Under the pieces are notes generated by a model. That model was not told the DNA's origin, did not search any database, and worked only from the letters and a program-made list of their open reading frames with translations. From the UHGV virus genome UHGV-0309045: a stretch of DNA of 16,595 nt; one strand, given 5' to 3'. Positions 1 to 7,406 of the stretch are shown piece after piece; the stretch's first letter is position 1, and every line of letters begins with the position of its first letter. Position numbers and translations under genes: made by a program. The stretch is from a virus.

Positions 1-1
1 G

Positions 2-1198
2 GTTTCCGATCGTGACGGGCTGTATGTAGCTGTGCTTACGTCAGGCACGGTCTCGTTTCGCTATGACTACCGTATCAACGGTCGCCGCGAAACACTGGTA
101 ATCGGGCAGTATGGGCGTGACGGTATCAGCCTGGCAGAAGCGCGAGAAGAACTGATTGCTGCAAAGAAGCTGCTTAAAGCAGGCCAGTCACCGGCTGCGG
201 CTAAACGTGACGGTATCAAAAAGATTCGTGGTGCCGAGACGTTTGCGGTACATACCGACAGTTATATGAAACACGTCATCCTGGCTGACAGTACCCGCGC
301 AATGAAACAGGCGGTGATCGACCGTGACATACTTCCGGTTCTTGGCAATAAAATGATGGCTGAAATTACCACATCGATGGTTCGTGATTTGTGTGACCGG
401 ATTGTCGAACGCGGTGGCCGGGCAACAGCAGTGCAGGCCAGGGAGATCATCAGTAGCGTATACCGTCACGCCAATGACCGTGGTCATGGTTTGTTTAATC
501 CTGCGGCTGACATTAAACCTTCGTCTATCGCCATATTTAAACCACGAGAGCGAACACTGACACCAGAAGAAATTGGCCTGTTCTTCCGCACGCTGGATGC
601 CATTGGTGCTATGGGCACTATGAAAATGGCTTTAAAACTGGTGCTTATCACTATGGTTCGTAAGGGCGAATTCACCAATGCAACGTGGGATGAAATAGAT
701 TTTAAAAAATGGACATGGACAATTCCTCCAGACCGCATGAAGGGAAGCCGGGCGCACGTTATTTACCTGCCTAAACAGGCACAGGATATATTGGTCGGGT
801 TGCAGATGTGCGCTGGTGGAAGTGAATATCTGGTTCCTGGTCGTTACAATATCCGGAAGCCATTATCTAATGCCGCGCTGAACTCTCTGATCGACAGAAC
901 GGTGAAAATAATAAATGAAGATGGTGAGCATATTCAGGACTTCACTGTACATGATATGCGCCGTACAGCCAGTACGTTGTTGCATGAGGCTGGTTATCCT
1001 TCAGACTGGATTGAAAAGGCTCTGGCACATGAGCAGAAAGGTGTGCGCGCCGTATATAACAAAGCGGAATACGCCAGACAGCGCGCCTACATGTTGCAGC
1101 AGTGGGCCGATATGATTGATTCATGGATTGACGGGGAGCATACGGATCTGATTCCGTTCTCCCCGTCGAAGTTTGAGAAGTGGATGGCGGGGGAATAA
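2..1198 (+). CDS. int: Tyrosine recombinase / phage integrase (P4-like family), 5'-truncated by window edge
   Basis: Reading frame is open from position 2 (VSDRDGLYVAVLTSGTVSFRYDYRINGRRETL...), so the true start is upstream of the window. C-terminal catalytic signature HDMRRT...LLHEAG...RAVYNKAEY typical of tyrosine recombinases. Stop TAA 1196-1198. Confidence 0.9.
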   Translation, partial: VSDRDGLYVAVLTSGTVSFRYDYRINGRRETLVIGQYGRDGISLAEAREELIAAKKLLKAGQSPAAAKRDGIKKIRGAETFAVHTDSYMKHVILADSTRAMKQAVIDRDILPVLGNKMMAEITTSMVRDLCDRIVERGGRATAVQAREIISSVYRHANDRGHGLFNPAADIKPSSIAIFKPRERTLTPEEIGLFFRTLDAIGAMGTMKMALKLVLITMVRKGEFTNATWDEIDFKKWTWTIPPDRMKGSRAHVIYLPKQAQDILVGLQMCAGGSEYLVPGRYNIRKPLSNAALNSLIDRTVKIINEDGEHIQDFTVHDMRRTASTLLHEAGYPSDWIEKALAHEQKGVRAVYNKAEYARQRAYMLQQWADMIDSWIDGEHTDLIPFSPSKFEKWMAGE

Positions 1199-1201
1199 CG
1201 T

Positions 1202-1396
1202 TTAATAGTTCTGCTGATTTTCTTCCATCTCTGCTTCTGCTGCCAGTGATTCAATTTTGTTTTCGAATATTGCTGACAGTGTTGCAAATTCAGCATCAGT
1301 GACAGCGGGAATTGGAACAAACCTGATCCCGCTGTGTGCAAGCATGTTTGCAGTTTCAAGGCATTTTCTTAAATCTGCTGGTGATGCCCTGTTCAT
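1202..1396 (-). CDS. Small hypothetical protein (64 aa), translationally coupled to the upstream methyltransferase; possibly a DUF4224-like integrase-adjacent protein
   Basis: ATG 1396-1394 overlaps the methyltransferase stop TGA 1395-1393 (ATGA). Sequence MNRASPADLRKCLETANMLAHSGIRFVPIPAVTDAEF...; stop TAA 1204-1202 lies 3 bp from the integrase stop. Family assignment is a weak recollection only. Confidence 0.4.
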   Translation of the reverse strand: MNRASPADLRKCLETANMLAHSGIRFVPIPAVTDAEFATLSAIFENKIESLAAEAEMEENQQNY

Positions 1397-2043
1397 GCAG
1401 CACGCTCCCGCCCCTGGATGTCTGTTGGTGACAGCGGAGCATTGCTGAATGCATTTGTTAATCCGCCAATATCCAACGCGTATCCAGGGTGTAGTTGCAC
1501 TGCCGGGTCTTCGCACTGATTACCCCAAACATCGAAGCCATGAGACGTCTGGCGGGCGAACAGTTCAATGCGAGAAACATCGCCTAATAATTGCACAAGT
1601 TTTTCACGAACGATATCTGGCTTTCTTGAATGCTCAAGCCGCGGTGCGGTAAATGACTGAACGATCCCTGCATTAATGCGCGTAGGTAGTTTTCCCTTTA
1701 CCGCAAACAGGCAATCTTCACTATTGGCGCGAGTCATGTGTCCCATACCCATAACCAGTTTATCTGGTTGTCGACTACCACATTTTATCCACGTGAAGCC
1801 CTTCATCGTCATCAGACGGAATCCCCAGGCTTCAACAACTTTTAGTGCTTCGAGTGGTTGTGTTGGCACCCACCACATGGCCAACAGACAGTTTTCATCG
1901 GCCAAATCCCACACAGGAAGGCGGCAGATATCCAGCACACTCATAACCGGATATTTAAAACCGGCACCGCGATTACCATCTGCGGCTTTGTCCCGGTATA
2001 CCCAGGGTGGATCTGCATAGATTAGTGTGTATTTCTTAGTCAT
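1393..2043 (-). CDS. DNA N6-adenine methyltransferase, MT-A70-like family (orphan, no cognate restriction gene seen)
   Basis: Catalytic DPPW motif (LIYADPPWVY) near the N-terminus and downstream FKYPVMSV...LLAMWWVP blocks. Preferred start is ATG 2043-2041, preceded by GGGGTGG; the ORF track starts 12 nt earlier at a GTG. Confidence 0.8.
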   Translation of the reverse strand: MTKKYTLIYADPPWVYRDKAADGNRGAGFKYPVMSVLDICRLPVWDLADENCLLAMWWVPTQPLEALKVVEAWGFRLMTMKGFTWIKCGSRQPDKLVMGMGHMTRANSEDCLFAVKGKLPTRINAGIVQSFTAPRLEHSRKPDIVREKLVQLLGDVSRIELFARQTSHGFDVWGNQCEDPAVQLHPGYALDIGGLTNAFSNAPLSPTDIQGRERAA

Positions 2044-2335
2044 AAACCACCCCACAACATCCTATGCCGCTATAGTCGCCACGGCGAAGGCCGTTACCTT
2101 TTGTGATACATTGGTCCCTGCGAACCGCGATCCTTGCACGTTCAACATCACCAGAAGCAACATCCATACACTGAAGCCAAAGGTGAGCGGCAATGCGGAA
2201 TTGCCCTTTTTTCTCTCTTTCAATCGCGCGTTTTTCGATCTCTATCGCCGCAGGAGTAACGGCGACAATCTTTGACGGACTGCGCATTGAAACCTTATTC
2301 ATGTGATATTTTTCAAGTCGGCTTAACTTTCTCAC
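2036..2335 (-). CDS. Hypothetical protein (99 aa from GTG 2335; alternative ATG at 2287 with AAGG RBS gives 83 aa)
   Basis: ORF in the leftward early operon whose 3' end overlaps the methyltransferase start by 8 nt. No recognisable motif. Confidence 0.5.
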   Translation of the reverse strand: MRKLSRLEKYHMNKVSMRSPSKIVAVTPAAIEIEKRAIEREKKGQFRIAAHLWLQCMDVASGDVERARIAVRRDQCITKGNGLRRGDYSGIGCCGVVYD

Positions 2336-2444
2336 TTAATCCAACCCTCTCTGAAAATTAATGCCAGCAGATAAAGCCATGCTGAAACAGAGGCCAGGAA
2401 TAAGTACCATCCTGACCATTTGCTCCAGTGCCTTAGCAGCGCAC

Positions 2445-2693
2445 TCATGCAGCGTTGCTCACGGGACGATATACACGTTGCTGAACAGGAGGCTTTTTAC
2501 CCTGGAACTCTGCCGGGCTTGCTGCCTGACGTTCATCAAGCCAACGCTCAACTTCATCACGGTTCCATGCGCAGCGTTTATCGGTGATATACCAGCGTTT
2601 AGGAAATTCCCCTGCGCGCTCCATACGGTCGATAGTGCTCCATGACAGTGGCACCACCGCCAGGAGTTCTTTCTTACCTAATGCACCTTTCAT
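2445..2693 (-). CDS. AlpA-family HTH DNA-binding protein / excisionase-like regulator
   Basis: KELLAVVPLSWSTIDRMERAGEFPKRWYITDKRCAWNRDEVERWL matches the AlpA/Xis-type winged-helix pattern. RBS GAGAGG 5 nt upstream of ATG 2693. Confidence 0.75.
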   Translation of the reverse strand: MKGALGKKELLAVVPLSWSTIDRMERAGEFPKRWYITDKRCAWNRDEVERWLDERQAASPAEFQGKKPPVQQRVYRPVSNAA

Positions 2694-2742
2694 GAATACC
2701 TCTCTTGGTTGCAGTGCGGCGCACGTGGCGCCGCGGTGGTGG

Positions 2743-3765
2743 TTACTCGAATTCTGGACGCATATCGTTAAGCGTCATCATGAATTTTTGGTGATATTCA
2801 TCACCGAGCTTTTCAGCCATGGTGTTAATTTCATTTTCAGCGCGCTTGAACATCGTTTTTGCATCTTCAGCAGATGGATCCAGGCTATTAAGTATCGCGA
2901 TGATATATTCTCGAGCTTCTTCTCGTTCTGAATCTGAAATTGGCGACAGGTGTTGACGCTCATCGTCAACTACGGAATATTCACCAGTGATAACAGCTGC
3001 GTTATCTTGGCTAAGTCCAGCTTCAGCGCGCTCATCCATAACAACAGCCTTCTGCATTTCAATAGAAACAGGAAGATATTTGAACAGTCGGCGAATTACT
3101 GTTTTTTTAGCCATCTCATCGAAGTGATCAACCCATGGGCCACTGCTACCGGCTTTGCTCAGTGCACGAACTTTCTCAACGTCTGCCCGGCTCATAACTT
3201 CAAATTGGACTCCGCCATCTTTCAGTCGTGCAACGGCGTAAACGTGCGTTAATTCTCCGCGGTCACCTGTTTCGCAAGGTAAATGCTCGAGCGTTTCTTC
3301 CAGGCCGTATGAGTAGCTGAATTTGTCGTTTGTATGTACGGTACGAGCCGAGATACTCAGGATCTGCCCAGAGCGGCGGGCAAGGTCAATCATTCCGCGA
3401 TAGCCGATAATCAGCTGTGCTTCTGTAGATACGGTTTCCCATCTTCCATTTACTTTCTGGCGTTTGTCGAACGGTATCAGGTAAGCGTGTCCAAGAGCTC
3501 CGCCTGGTTCAAGACCCAATTGGGCACATTGCATAATTGCCCCCAGGAAGCTGGCTTGGTCGCATGATGCAAGTTTTGGAACCTTTCTGATCTCTGTGGT
3601 TGCTATGCGCGCCAGACGGTCTGCTGTCATGTGCTTTGGAAGTGCCAAAGCCATCTGAGCTTTAATTTTTGGGTCTGCCAGAAGTCCGGCCAGAGTTGTT
3701 GGTTTCTCATTATGATGTGCAACTTGGTTACCGGTAGCCGCTGCCTTAAGTGCATTGATAGACAT
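2743..3765 (-). CDS. recT: RecT-family single-strand annealing recombinase
   Basis: Long collinear similarity to E. coli Rac RecT as recalled (RIATTEIRKVP, QCAQLGLEPG, LIIGYRGMIDLARRSGQI, HVYAVARLKDGGVQFEVM, KKTVIRRLFKYLPVSIEMQKAV). RBS AAGGAG 6 nt upstream of ATG 3765. Confidence 0.92.
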   Translation of the reverse strand: MSINALKAAATGNQVAHHNEKPTTLAGLLADPKIKAQMALALPKHMTADRLARIATTEIRKVPKLASCDQASFLGAIMQCAQLGLEPGGALGHAYLIPFDKRQKVNGRWETVSTEAQLIIGYRGMIDLARRSGQILSISARTVHTNDKFSYSYGLEETLEHLPCETGDRGELTHVYAVARLKDGGVQFEVMSRADVEKVRALSKAGSSGPWVDHFDEMAKKTVIRRLFKYLPVSIEMQKAVVMDERAEAGLSQDNAAVITGEYSVVDDERQHLSPISDSEREEAREYIIAILNSLDPSAEDAKTMFKRAENEINTMAEKLGDEYHQKFMMTLNDMRPEFE

Positions 3766-3774
3766 TTTTTCTCC

Positions 3775-4674
3775 TTACTTCATTCTGAAGACGCGTTGTG
3801 TCGTTGTTGTTTTGAATTTTTCGAATAACTCAGGGTGTACTGACTGGAATAGCTTCTGGTCGAATCTGTTGCTGATCTGAGATTTCCATGTGCAGAGCGG
3901 CTTTCCGTCCAGGGTCAGGACTGAGTGCTCTTGCATGTACATCTTCAGCTTCTCTTCTGATATAGCTATTTCTTCTTCCAGTGATTTTCTGCGTGATTTC
4001 ATGTCTCGTAGATCGTTGAATAGTGCGAGTGCCTTTCCGTCAGCCTCGATACTTGTCCCGGCATCTTTCTCAAACATCAGCGATACATCGCTTACGCTGG
4101 TAGCTTCCGGCGGGTTAAGATTTTTCACTCGGTCCCAGAAAGCGATTTCTTTTTCTAAGATCGCCTGGATAGTTTCTTCATCACGCTCAACCCGATAGAT
4201 TCGGAAGTCGTCGCCACCGATAAGCACACCGAAAACGCATACCTGTTTGTTTGTAACCATCAACCCGTGCATGGCCTGGGCCGTGTAATGCACAGGAATT
4301 GCATCTGTCTGGATTTCTCCCCATTCTTTGGCCTTGAACGGACTAACTGTTTTGATCTCAATGTTCTCGCCTGACGCTGCTTCTGCATCGATCTCAGCTG
4401 CAATAAAATCGTAATCACGGTGGATATAGCGGTTTCCGCGATGAACGATTTCCATCCCTGTTTCCTCAGAAAGCAGGTCTATTACGTATGGCTCCATACG
4501 CTGGCCACGCGTGAAAACTTTCTGCTTGCTTTGGTCTACTGGTTTGACACGTGGCTGGACCTTATCCAGATAAACCTCAAGCGGGGTGCGCCATGGGCTA
4601 ATTCCAAGAATCCCTGCAACATCGCTTCCTCCGATGTATTTTGTTCTATCCATGATTCCAGCGTTCCGCATCAT
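3775..4674 (-). CDS. RecE/YqaJ-family 5'-3' exonuclease (short form, partner of RecT)
   Basis: YqaJ-type nuclease motif YIGGSDVAGILGISPWRTPLEVY. Sits immediately upstream of recT, and its stop TAA lies inside the recT RBS. Start ATG 4674 overlaps the upstream ORF stop (ATGA). Confidence 0.8.
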   Translation of the reverse strand: MMRNAGIMDRTKYIGGSDVAGILGISPWRTPLEVYLDKVQPRVKPVDQSKQKVFTRGQRMEPYVIDLLSEETGMEIVHRGNRYIHRDYDFIAAEIDAEAASGENIEIKTVSPFKAKEWGEIQTDAIPVHYTAQAMHGLMVTNKQVCVFGVLIGGDDFRIYRVERDEETIQAILEKEIAFWDRVKNLNPPEATSVSDVSLMFEKDAGTSIEADGKALALFNDLRDMKSRRKSLEEEIAISEEKLKMYMQEHSVLTLDGKPLCTWKSQISNRFDQKLFQSVHPELFEKFKTTTTQRVFRMK

Positions 4675-4970
4675 GCCGCGTCCCTCTGCCCATCAAGCTG
4701 ATCCGCCAGATCCCAGCGCGCTATAATTGCCATTGCCTCGCGCCGGTAGGCATCCATCAGTTCTTCGAACTCAGGGCTGTCTTTAGCAGCCTCCAGCACT
4801 TCCTGACGAACGCCTTTGCCTGTTACAACGTCGAAAGTTGAGGACAGTTGATGAAGTCGGATGCTCTCAATCAGTTCAACTTGTCGGTCATATAGCTGTT
4901 CTGACAGGCGGTAGTCCTTGTCGAATGCCAGCATGATTTTTTGAAGATTTTTCTGCTGATTAACGTTCAT
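4671..4970 (-). CDS. Hypothetical protein (99 aa); possible Gam-like host-nuclease inhibitor by position and weak C-terminal resemblance
   Basis: Preferred start ATG 4970 with GGGAGGG RBS. Lies directly upstream of the exonuclease/RecT pair, as gam does for bet/exo. Segment DSPEFEELMDAYRREAMAIIA loosely resembles lambda Gam as I recall it. Confidence 0.45.
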   Translation of the reverse strand: MNVNQQKNLQKIMLAFDKDYRLSEQLYDRQVELIESIRLHQLSSTFDVVTGKGVRQEVLEAAKDSPEFEELMDAYRREAMAIIARWDLADQLDGQRDAA

Positions 4971-4972
4971 TA

Positions 4973-5125
4973 TCAGCCCTCCCATATCTCATTATCGTTG
5001 GCTACATCGCGAGCTTCTTTGCTGACGAAAGCCCACTTAATGCCTTCCTGTAAGGTGCGGAACTTCCAGCTCATGAATCCGCATGCAGTAACGCAGTACC
5101 AACCGTTGATGATTTTCCACTGCAT
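4973..5125 (-). CDS. Small ORF (50 aa), first gene after the pL-like promoter
   Basis: Hand-translated: MQWKIINGWYCVTACGFMSWKFRTLQEGIKWAFVSKEARDVANDNEIWEG. ATG 5125-5123 with GAGGT about 9 nt upstream; stop TGA 4975-4973 abuts the next start. Below the ORF-track length cutoff. Confidence 0.35.
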   Translation of the reverse strand: MQWKIINGWYCVTACGFMSWKFRTLQEGIKWAFVSKEARDVANDNEIWEG

Positions 5126-5144
5126 AACTTGTTACCTCGGTCTG

Positions 5145-5159
5145 TTACCGTTGAGGTAA
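5145..5159. promoter_or_regulatory. Operator site TTACC GTTGA GGTAA (promoter-proximal site of the pL-like promoter)
   Basis: Perfect match to the TTACC-N5-GGTAA palindrome. An extra TTACC half-site at 5132-5136 forms a 7-bp inverted repeat TTACCTC/GAGGTAA around it. Confidence 0.6.
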
Positions 5160-5187
5160 TAATTATGCTTATTTGGTTTGGTGTCAA
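5159..5187 (-). promoter_or_regulatory. pL-like leftward early promoter
   Basis: On the minus strand: -35 TTGACA (plus coordinates 5187-5182), 17-bp spacer, -10 AATTAT (5164-5159) whose last base is the first base of the operator at 5159-5145. Confidence 0.5.
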
Positions 5188-5206
5188 TAGATATGAGTTA
5201 AAAAAA

Positions 5207-5221
5207 TTACCCGTAAGGTAA
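5207..5221. promoter_or_regulatory. Operator site TTACC CGTAA GGTAA (promoter-distal site of the pL-like promoter)
   Basis: Perfect palindrome match, 19 bp from the -35 hexamer and 62 bp centre-to-centre from the site at 5145-5159. Confidence 0.6.
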
Positions 5222-5232
5222 TCTATCTGGCA

Positions 5233-5256
5233 ATAAAAAAGCCGCCATGAGGCGGC
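5233..5256 (-). terminator. Rho-independent terminator of the repressor gene
   Basis: Hairpin GCCGCC-ATGA-GGCGGC (5241-5256) followed on the minus strand by TTTTTTATTG (5240-5231), 23 bp downstream of the repressor stop. Confidence 0.75.
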
Positions 5257-5278
5257 TTACTTACTGAAAAATATAGTT

Positions 5279-5863
5279 TTATTGTTTGCTTTTTTCGTTC
5301 TGGTTGATGACAAATTCAATGTAACTTTCGATCTTTGCTTTCTCGGTTTCGGGTAACAATGCGTAGCGCGAGCGGTCATAGTTGATAGTCGCAGGGTCGT
5401 GCGGGTGAATCAGTAGTTCATATCCGTGACGCCCGAATGCGGATGCAACATTCTCCAGGGTGGAAATGGAAACGCTGACCTCATTGTTTAACAGGCGACT
5501 GATTGTCACCTGGGCGACGCCGGATGCGCGGTGAAGTTTTCCCTGCGTTGAAAGGTCGCGGCTTTCGCTCATCCAGCGTTCCAGGTTGTGAGCCGCCAGC
5601 TGACCAATGTCGCTTGGGCCGACAGGCTGAAAACCTTCCTGAGAAAGCGAGCGATCGATATCAAGCCAGTTACGGGGTTTATTGGCGGCAGCTTCAATTT
5701 TTCGCGCAACCTGGTCGCCGATAACCTTCTTGCCAAGAGCCCAGCGGTTTACCAGATTTGCCTGAGTTCCAAGTTTTTCTGCCATCCGCGTCTGAACACC
5801 ATTGAATTCACGGTCGATCAAGTCGTTGAGATTTTGCCTGCGGACGTCCTGGATACTTTTCAT
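5279..5863 (-). CDS. CI-like prophage repressor with two HTH segments and no recognisable LexA/S24 peptidase domain
   Basis: Divergent from the Cro-like gene across an operator-rich intergenic region. HTH-like segments TRMAEKLGTQANLVNRW and ASGVAQVTISRLL. No Ala-Gly/Ser-Lys autocleavage motifs seen by eye. Confidence 0.75.
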   Translation of the reverse strand: MKSIQDVRRQNLNDLIDREFNGVQTRMAEKLGTQANLVNRWALGKKVIGDQVARKIEAAANKPRNWLDIDRSLSQEGFQPVGPSDIGQLAAHNLERWMSESRDLSTQGKLHRASGVAQVTISRLLNNEVSVSISTLENVASAFGRHGYELLIHPHDPATINYDRSRYALLPETEKAKIESYIEFVINQNEKSKQ

Positions 5864-5918
5864 TTTCTGGAAAATCGCCTCATATATGAATCAGTAGATG
5901 ATTCAATTTAAAGCAATA

Positions 5919-5981
5919 TTACCCAACAGGTAAATGCACCTCATAGGTAACTATCCTTGATTTTTGTTACCTTATGGGTGA
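5919..5981. promoter_or_regulatory. OR-like operator cluster with divergent promoter region (three sites)
   Basis: 5919-5933 TTACCCAACAGGTAA (perfect), 5936-5950 gcACCTCATAGGTAA, 5967-5981 TTACCTTATGGGTgA. Candidate rightward promoter: -35 TTGTTA 5964-5969 and -10 TATTAT 5987-5992, with the third site covering the spacer. Confidence 0.65.
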
Positions 5982-6017
5982 ATATTTATTATCTGAAATA
6001 AATATCAGGCAATAGCT

Positions 6018-6248
6018 ATGAGCGATAACGGACATTTCGATTTCAAAAAGCACTGGCTTGCACTTACTCCGGATGAGCGTGAAGCCTTCGCACAGGAAGC
6101 CGGAACGACGAGTCACTATATCCAGACTCACTTAACAGGTAAGCGCAAAATGCCAGGTAAGGTATTGATGAATGGGCTTTTTAAAGCCTGTAAAACAAGA
6201 CAATGGCTGCGCTCAAAAGCAGAACTGGCATACTTCTTCTACTCATGA
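6018..6248 (+). CDS. Cro-like small HTH regulator
   Basis: 76 aa, first rightward gene after the operator cluster, with an HTH-like segment REAFAQEAGTTSHYIQTHLTG. Followed by a terminator. Confidence 0.6.
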   Translation: MSDNGHFDFKKHWLALTPDEREAFAQEAGTTSHYIQTHLTGKRKMPGKVLMNGLFKACKTRQWLRSKAELAYFFYS

Positions 6249-6270
6249 TATCCATCCACAACCCTCTGTA

Positions 6271-6292
6271 GACCGCCATCCGGCGGTCTTTT
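6271..6292 (+). terminator. Rho-independent terminator after the Cro-like gene (tR1-like position)
   Basis: Hairpin GACCGCC-ATCC-GGCGGTC followed by TTTT. Confidence 0.7.
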
Positions 6293-6303
6293 CATATCTA
6301 TTC

Positions 6304-6318
6304 GTACCTCAAAGGTAA
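6304..6318. promoter_or_regulatory. Imperfect operator-like site gTACC TCAAA GGTAA
   Basis: 9 of 10 match to the TTACC-N5-GGTAA half-sites, between the terminator and the next gene. A TTGATC hexamer lies at 6336-6341. Confidence 0.35.
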
Positions 6319-6398
6319 TAAAAAACCAAATCTGGTTGATCTTTTTTTTGTGTCAGCACAAAATGACCGTAATCCCAATACTAATAACAGGGCTTACC

Positions 6399-6599
6399 AT
6401 GGAAATTATTACACGTATTGATGCCGCAAAGCGCGGACTTAAACGCTACTACACCGGAAAACCATGTAAGCACGGACATGACAGTGAACGCTGGGTTTAC
6501 AACGGACACTGTGTTGAGTGCACTATGGAATCAAACCGTCGCATCAGGGCAGAGATTAAGCAGATCATGATTAATTCCTCCCCACAACATTCAAGCTGA
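6399..6599 (+). CDS. Small zinc-ribbon-like protein (66 aa)
   Basis: Preferred start ATG 6399 with CAGGG RBS 6 nt upstream. Cys/His cluster KPCKHGH...NGHCVEC. Occupies the CII-like position between the Cro-like and replication genes. Confidence 0.55.
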   Translation: MEIITRIDAAKRGLKRYYTGKPCKHGHDSERWVYNGHCVECTMESNRRIRAEIKQIMINSSPQHSS

Positions 6600-6614
6600 T
6601 AGCGGAGATTAATC

Positions 6615-7406
6615 ATGAGCAGACATGCAACAGATTGGGCCTGGGAGACAGATCCAGGTAGCTCGTCATTAAAGCTCATACTGCTCTCGATGGCTGACAG
6701 AGCCGATGAATATAACCTCTGCTACCCCAGCATAGAACGCCTCGTTAAAGACACTTGCCTGAATAAAAAAACCGTGCAGGCCGGGCTTATATCGCTCATG
6801 AAAATGGGGCTTATTTCAGATACCGGAGAGAGAAAGGGTGCGACGAAAAGAGTGCGGGTTTTCTCTCTTAATATAACCAAAAACGGGAACATTAAAGGCA
6901 ACCGGGAAGGGGGTAATGAACCCGAAAACGGTAATGTTACCGAAAACGGGAATATACCCAAAAACGGGATGTTGAATGATCCCAAAAACGGGATCCAGAA
7001 CCAGTCATATAACCAGTCATTTAACCAAGAGAGGGAGAGCAGGACAAAAAGCGGGGATTCTGTGCCTCATGACCCCGGCGCAAACAACGCCGTGATGAAT
7101 AACTTTGTTCCTCCTGGTGGGCCAGGGCAATTAGGCAAATTTGTCATGCATGAACAATGGCAGCCATCAGATGACTTTCTTCGGAAAAGCTCATTGCAGG
7201 GGATCTACCTGGACAGTCTGCCAACGGCACAGGAGCTTGCAGAGTTCAGAATTTACTGGATGGCTGAGGGTAAGGCATACCATCAGGCACAGTGGGAGCA
7301 GAAGCTGGCAAGGCGGCTGCAGATTAGCAGACAGAAGCAATCAACATTACCTGATAACAACGTTCCGCACTGGAACAGCCCTGAAGCGTGGGAGGATTTC
7401 TTGTGA
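6615..7406 (+). CDS. Replication initiator: N-terminal winged-HTH domain and C-terminal DnaT-like domain (lambda O functional analogue)
   Basis: C-terminal block GKFVMHEQWQPSDDFLRK...ELAEFRIYWMAEGKAYHQAQWEQKLARRLQI resembles E. coli DnaT as recalled. The central NG-rich linker is encoded by the iterons. GGAG RBS upstream of ATG 6615. Confidence 0.8.
   Translation: MSRHATDWAWETDPGSSSLKLILLSMADRADEYNLCYPSIERLVKDTCLNKKTVQAGLISLMKMGLISDTGERKGATKRVRVFSLNITKNGNIKGNREGGNEPENGNVTENGNIPKNGMLNDPKNGIQNQSYNQSFNQERESRTKSGDSVPHDPGANNAVMNNFVPPGGPGQLGKFVMHEQWQPSDDFLRKSSLQGIYLDSLPTAQELAEFRIYWMAEGKAYHQAQWEQKLARRLQISRQKQSTLPDNNVPHWNSPEAWEDFL
6877..6993. repeat. Iteron array (putative phage ori) inside the initiator gene
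   Basis: Five copies of CC(A/G)AAAACGG(G/t)A at 6877, 6922, 6940, 6958 and 6982 (spacings 45, 18, 18, 24 bp), followed by a tandem AACCAGTCAT repeat at 6999-7008 and 7011-7020. Confidence 0.7.

Noticed and set aside
1449-2020. Plus-strand ORFs 1449-1652 and 1676-2020
   Set aside because: Antisense to the MT-A70 methyltransferase gene, which carries a clear catalytic motif.
2716-2735. GC-rich hairpin (7-bp stem GCGGCGC/GCGCCGC) between the AlpA-like gene and recT
   Set aside because: No U-tract follows on either strand, so it is not called as an intrinsic terminator; possibly an RNA processing or stability element.
5864-6017. LexA (SOS) box in the immunity region
   Set aside because: No CTGT-N8-ACAG match found by eye near the divergent promoters. 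The scan was not exhaustive, so this is absence of evidence only.
6930-6943. GGTAATGTTACC, operator half-sites in everted order inside the iteron array
   Set aside because: Lies within coding sequence and differs in arrangement from the operator palindrome; treated as part of the iteron region.
7388-7402. Upstream GTG start for the P-like gene
   Set aside because: It lies inside the GGAGG RBS that serves GTG 7403, and 7403 overlaps the upstream stop in the usual coupled arrangement.
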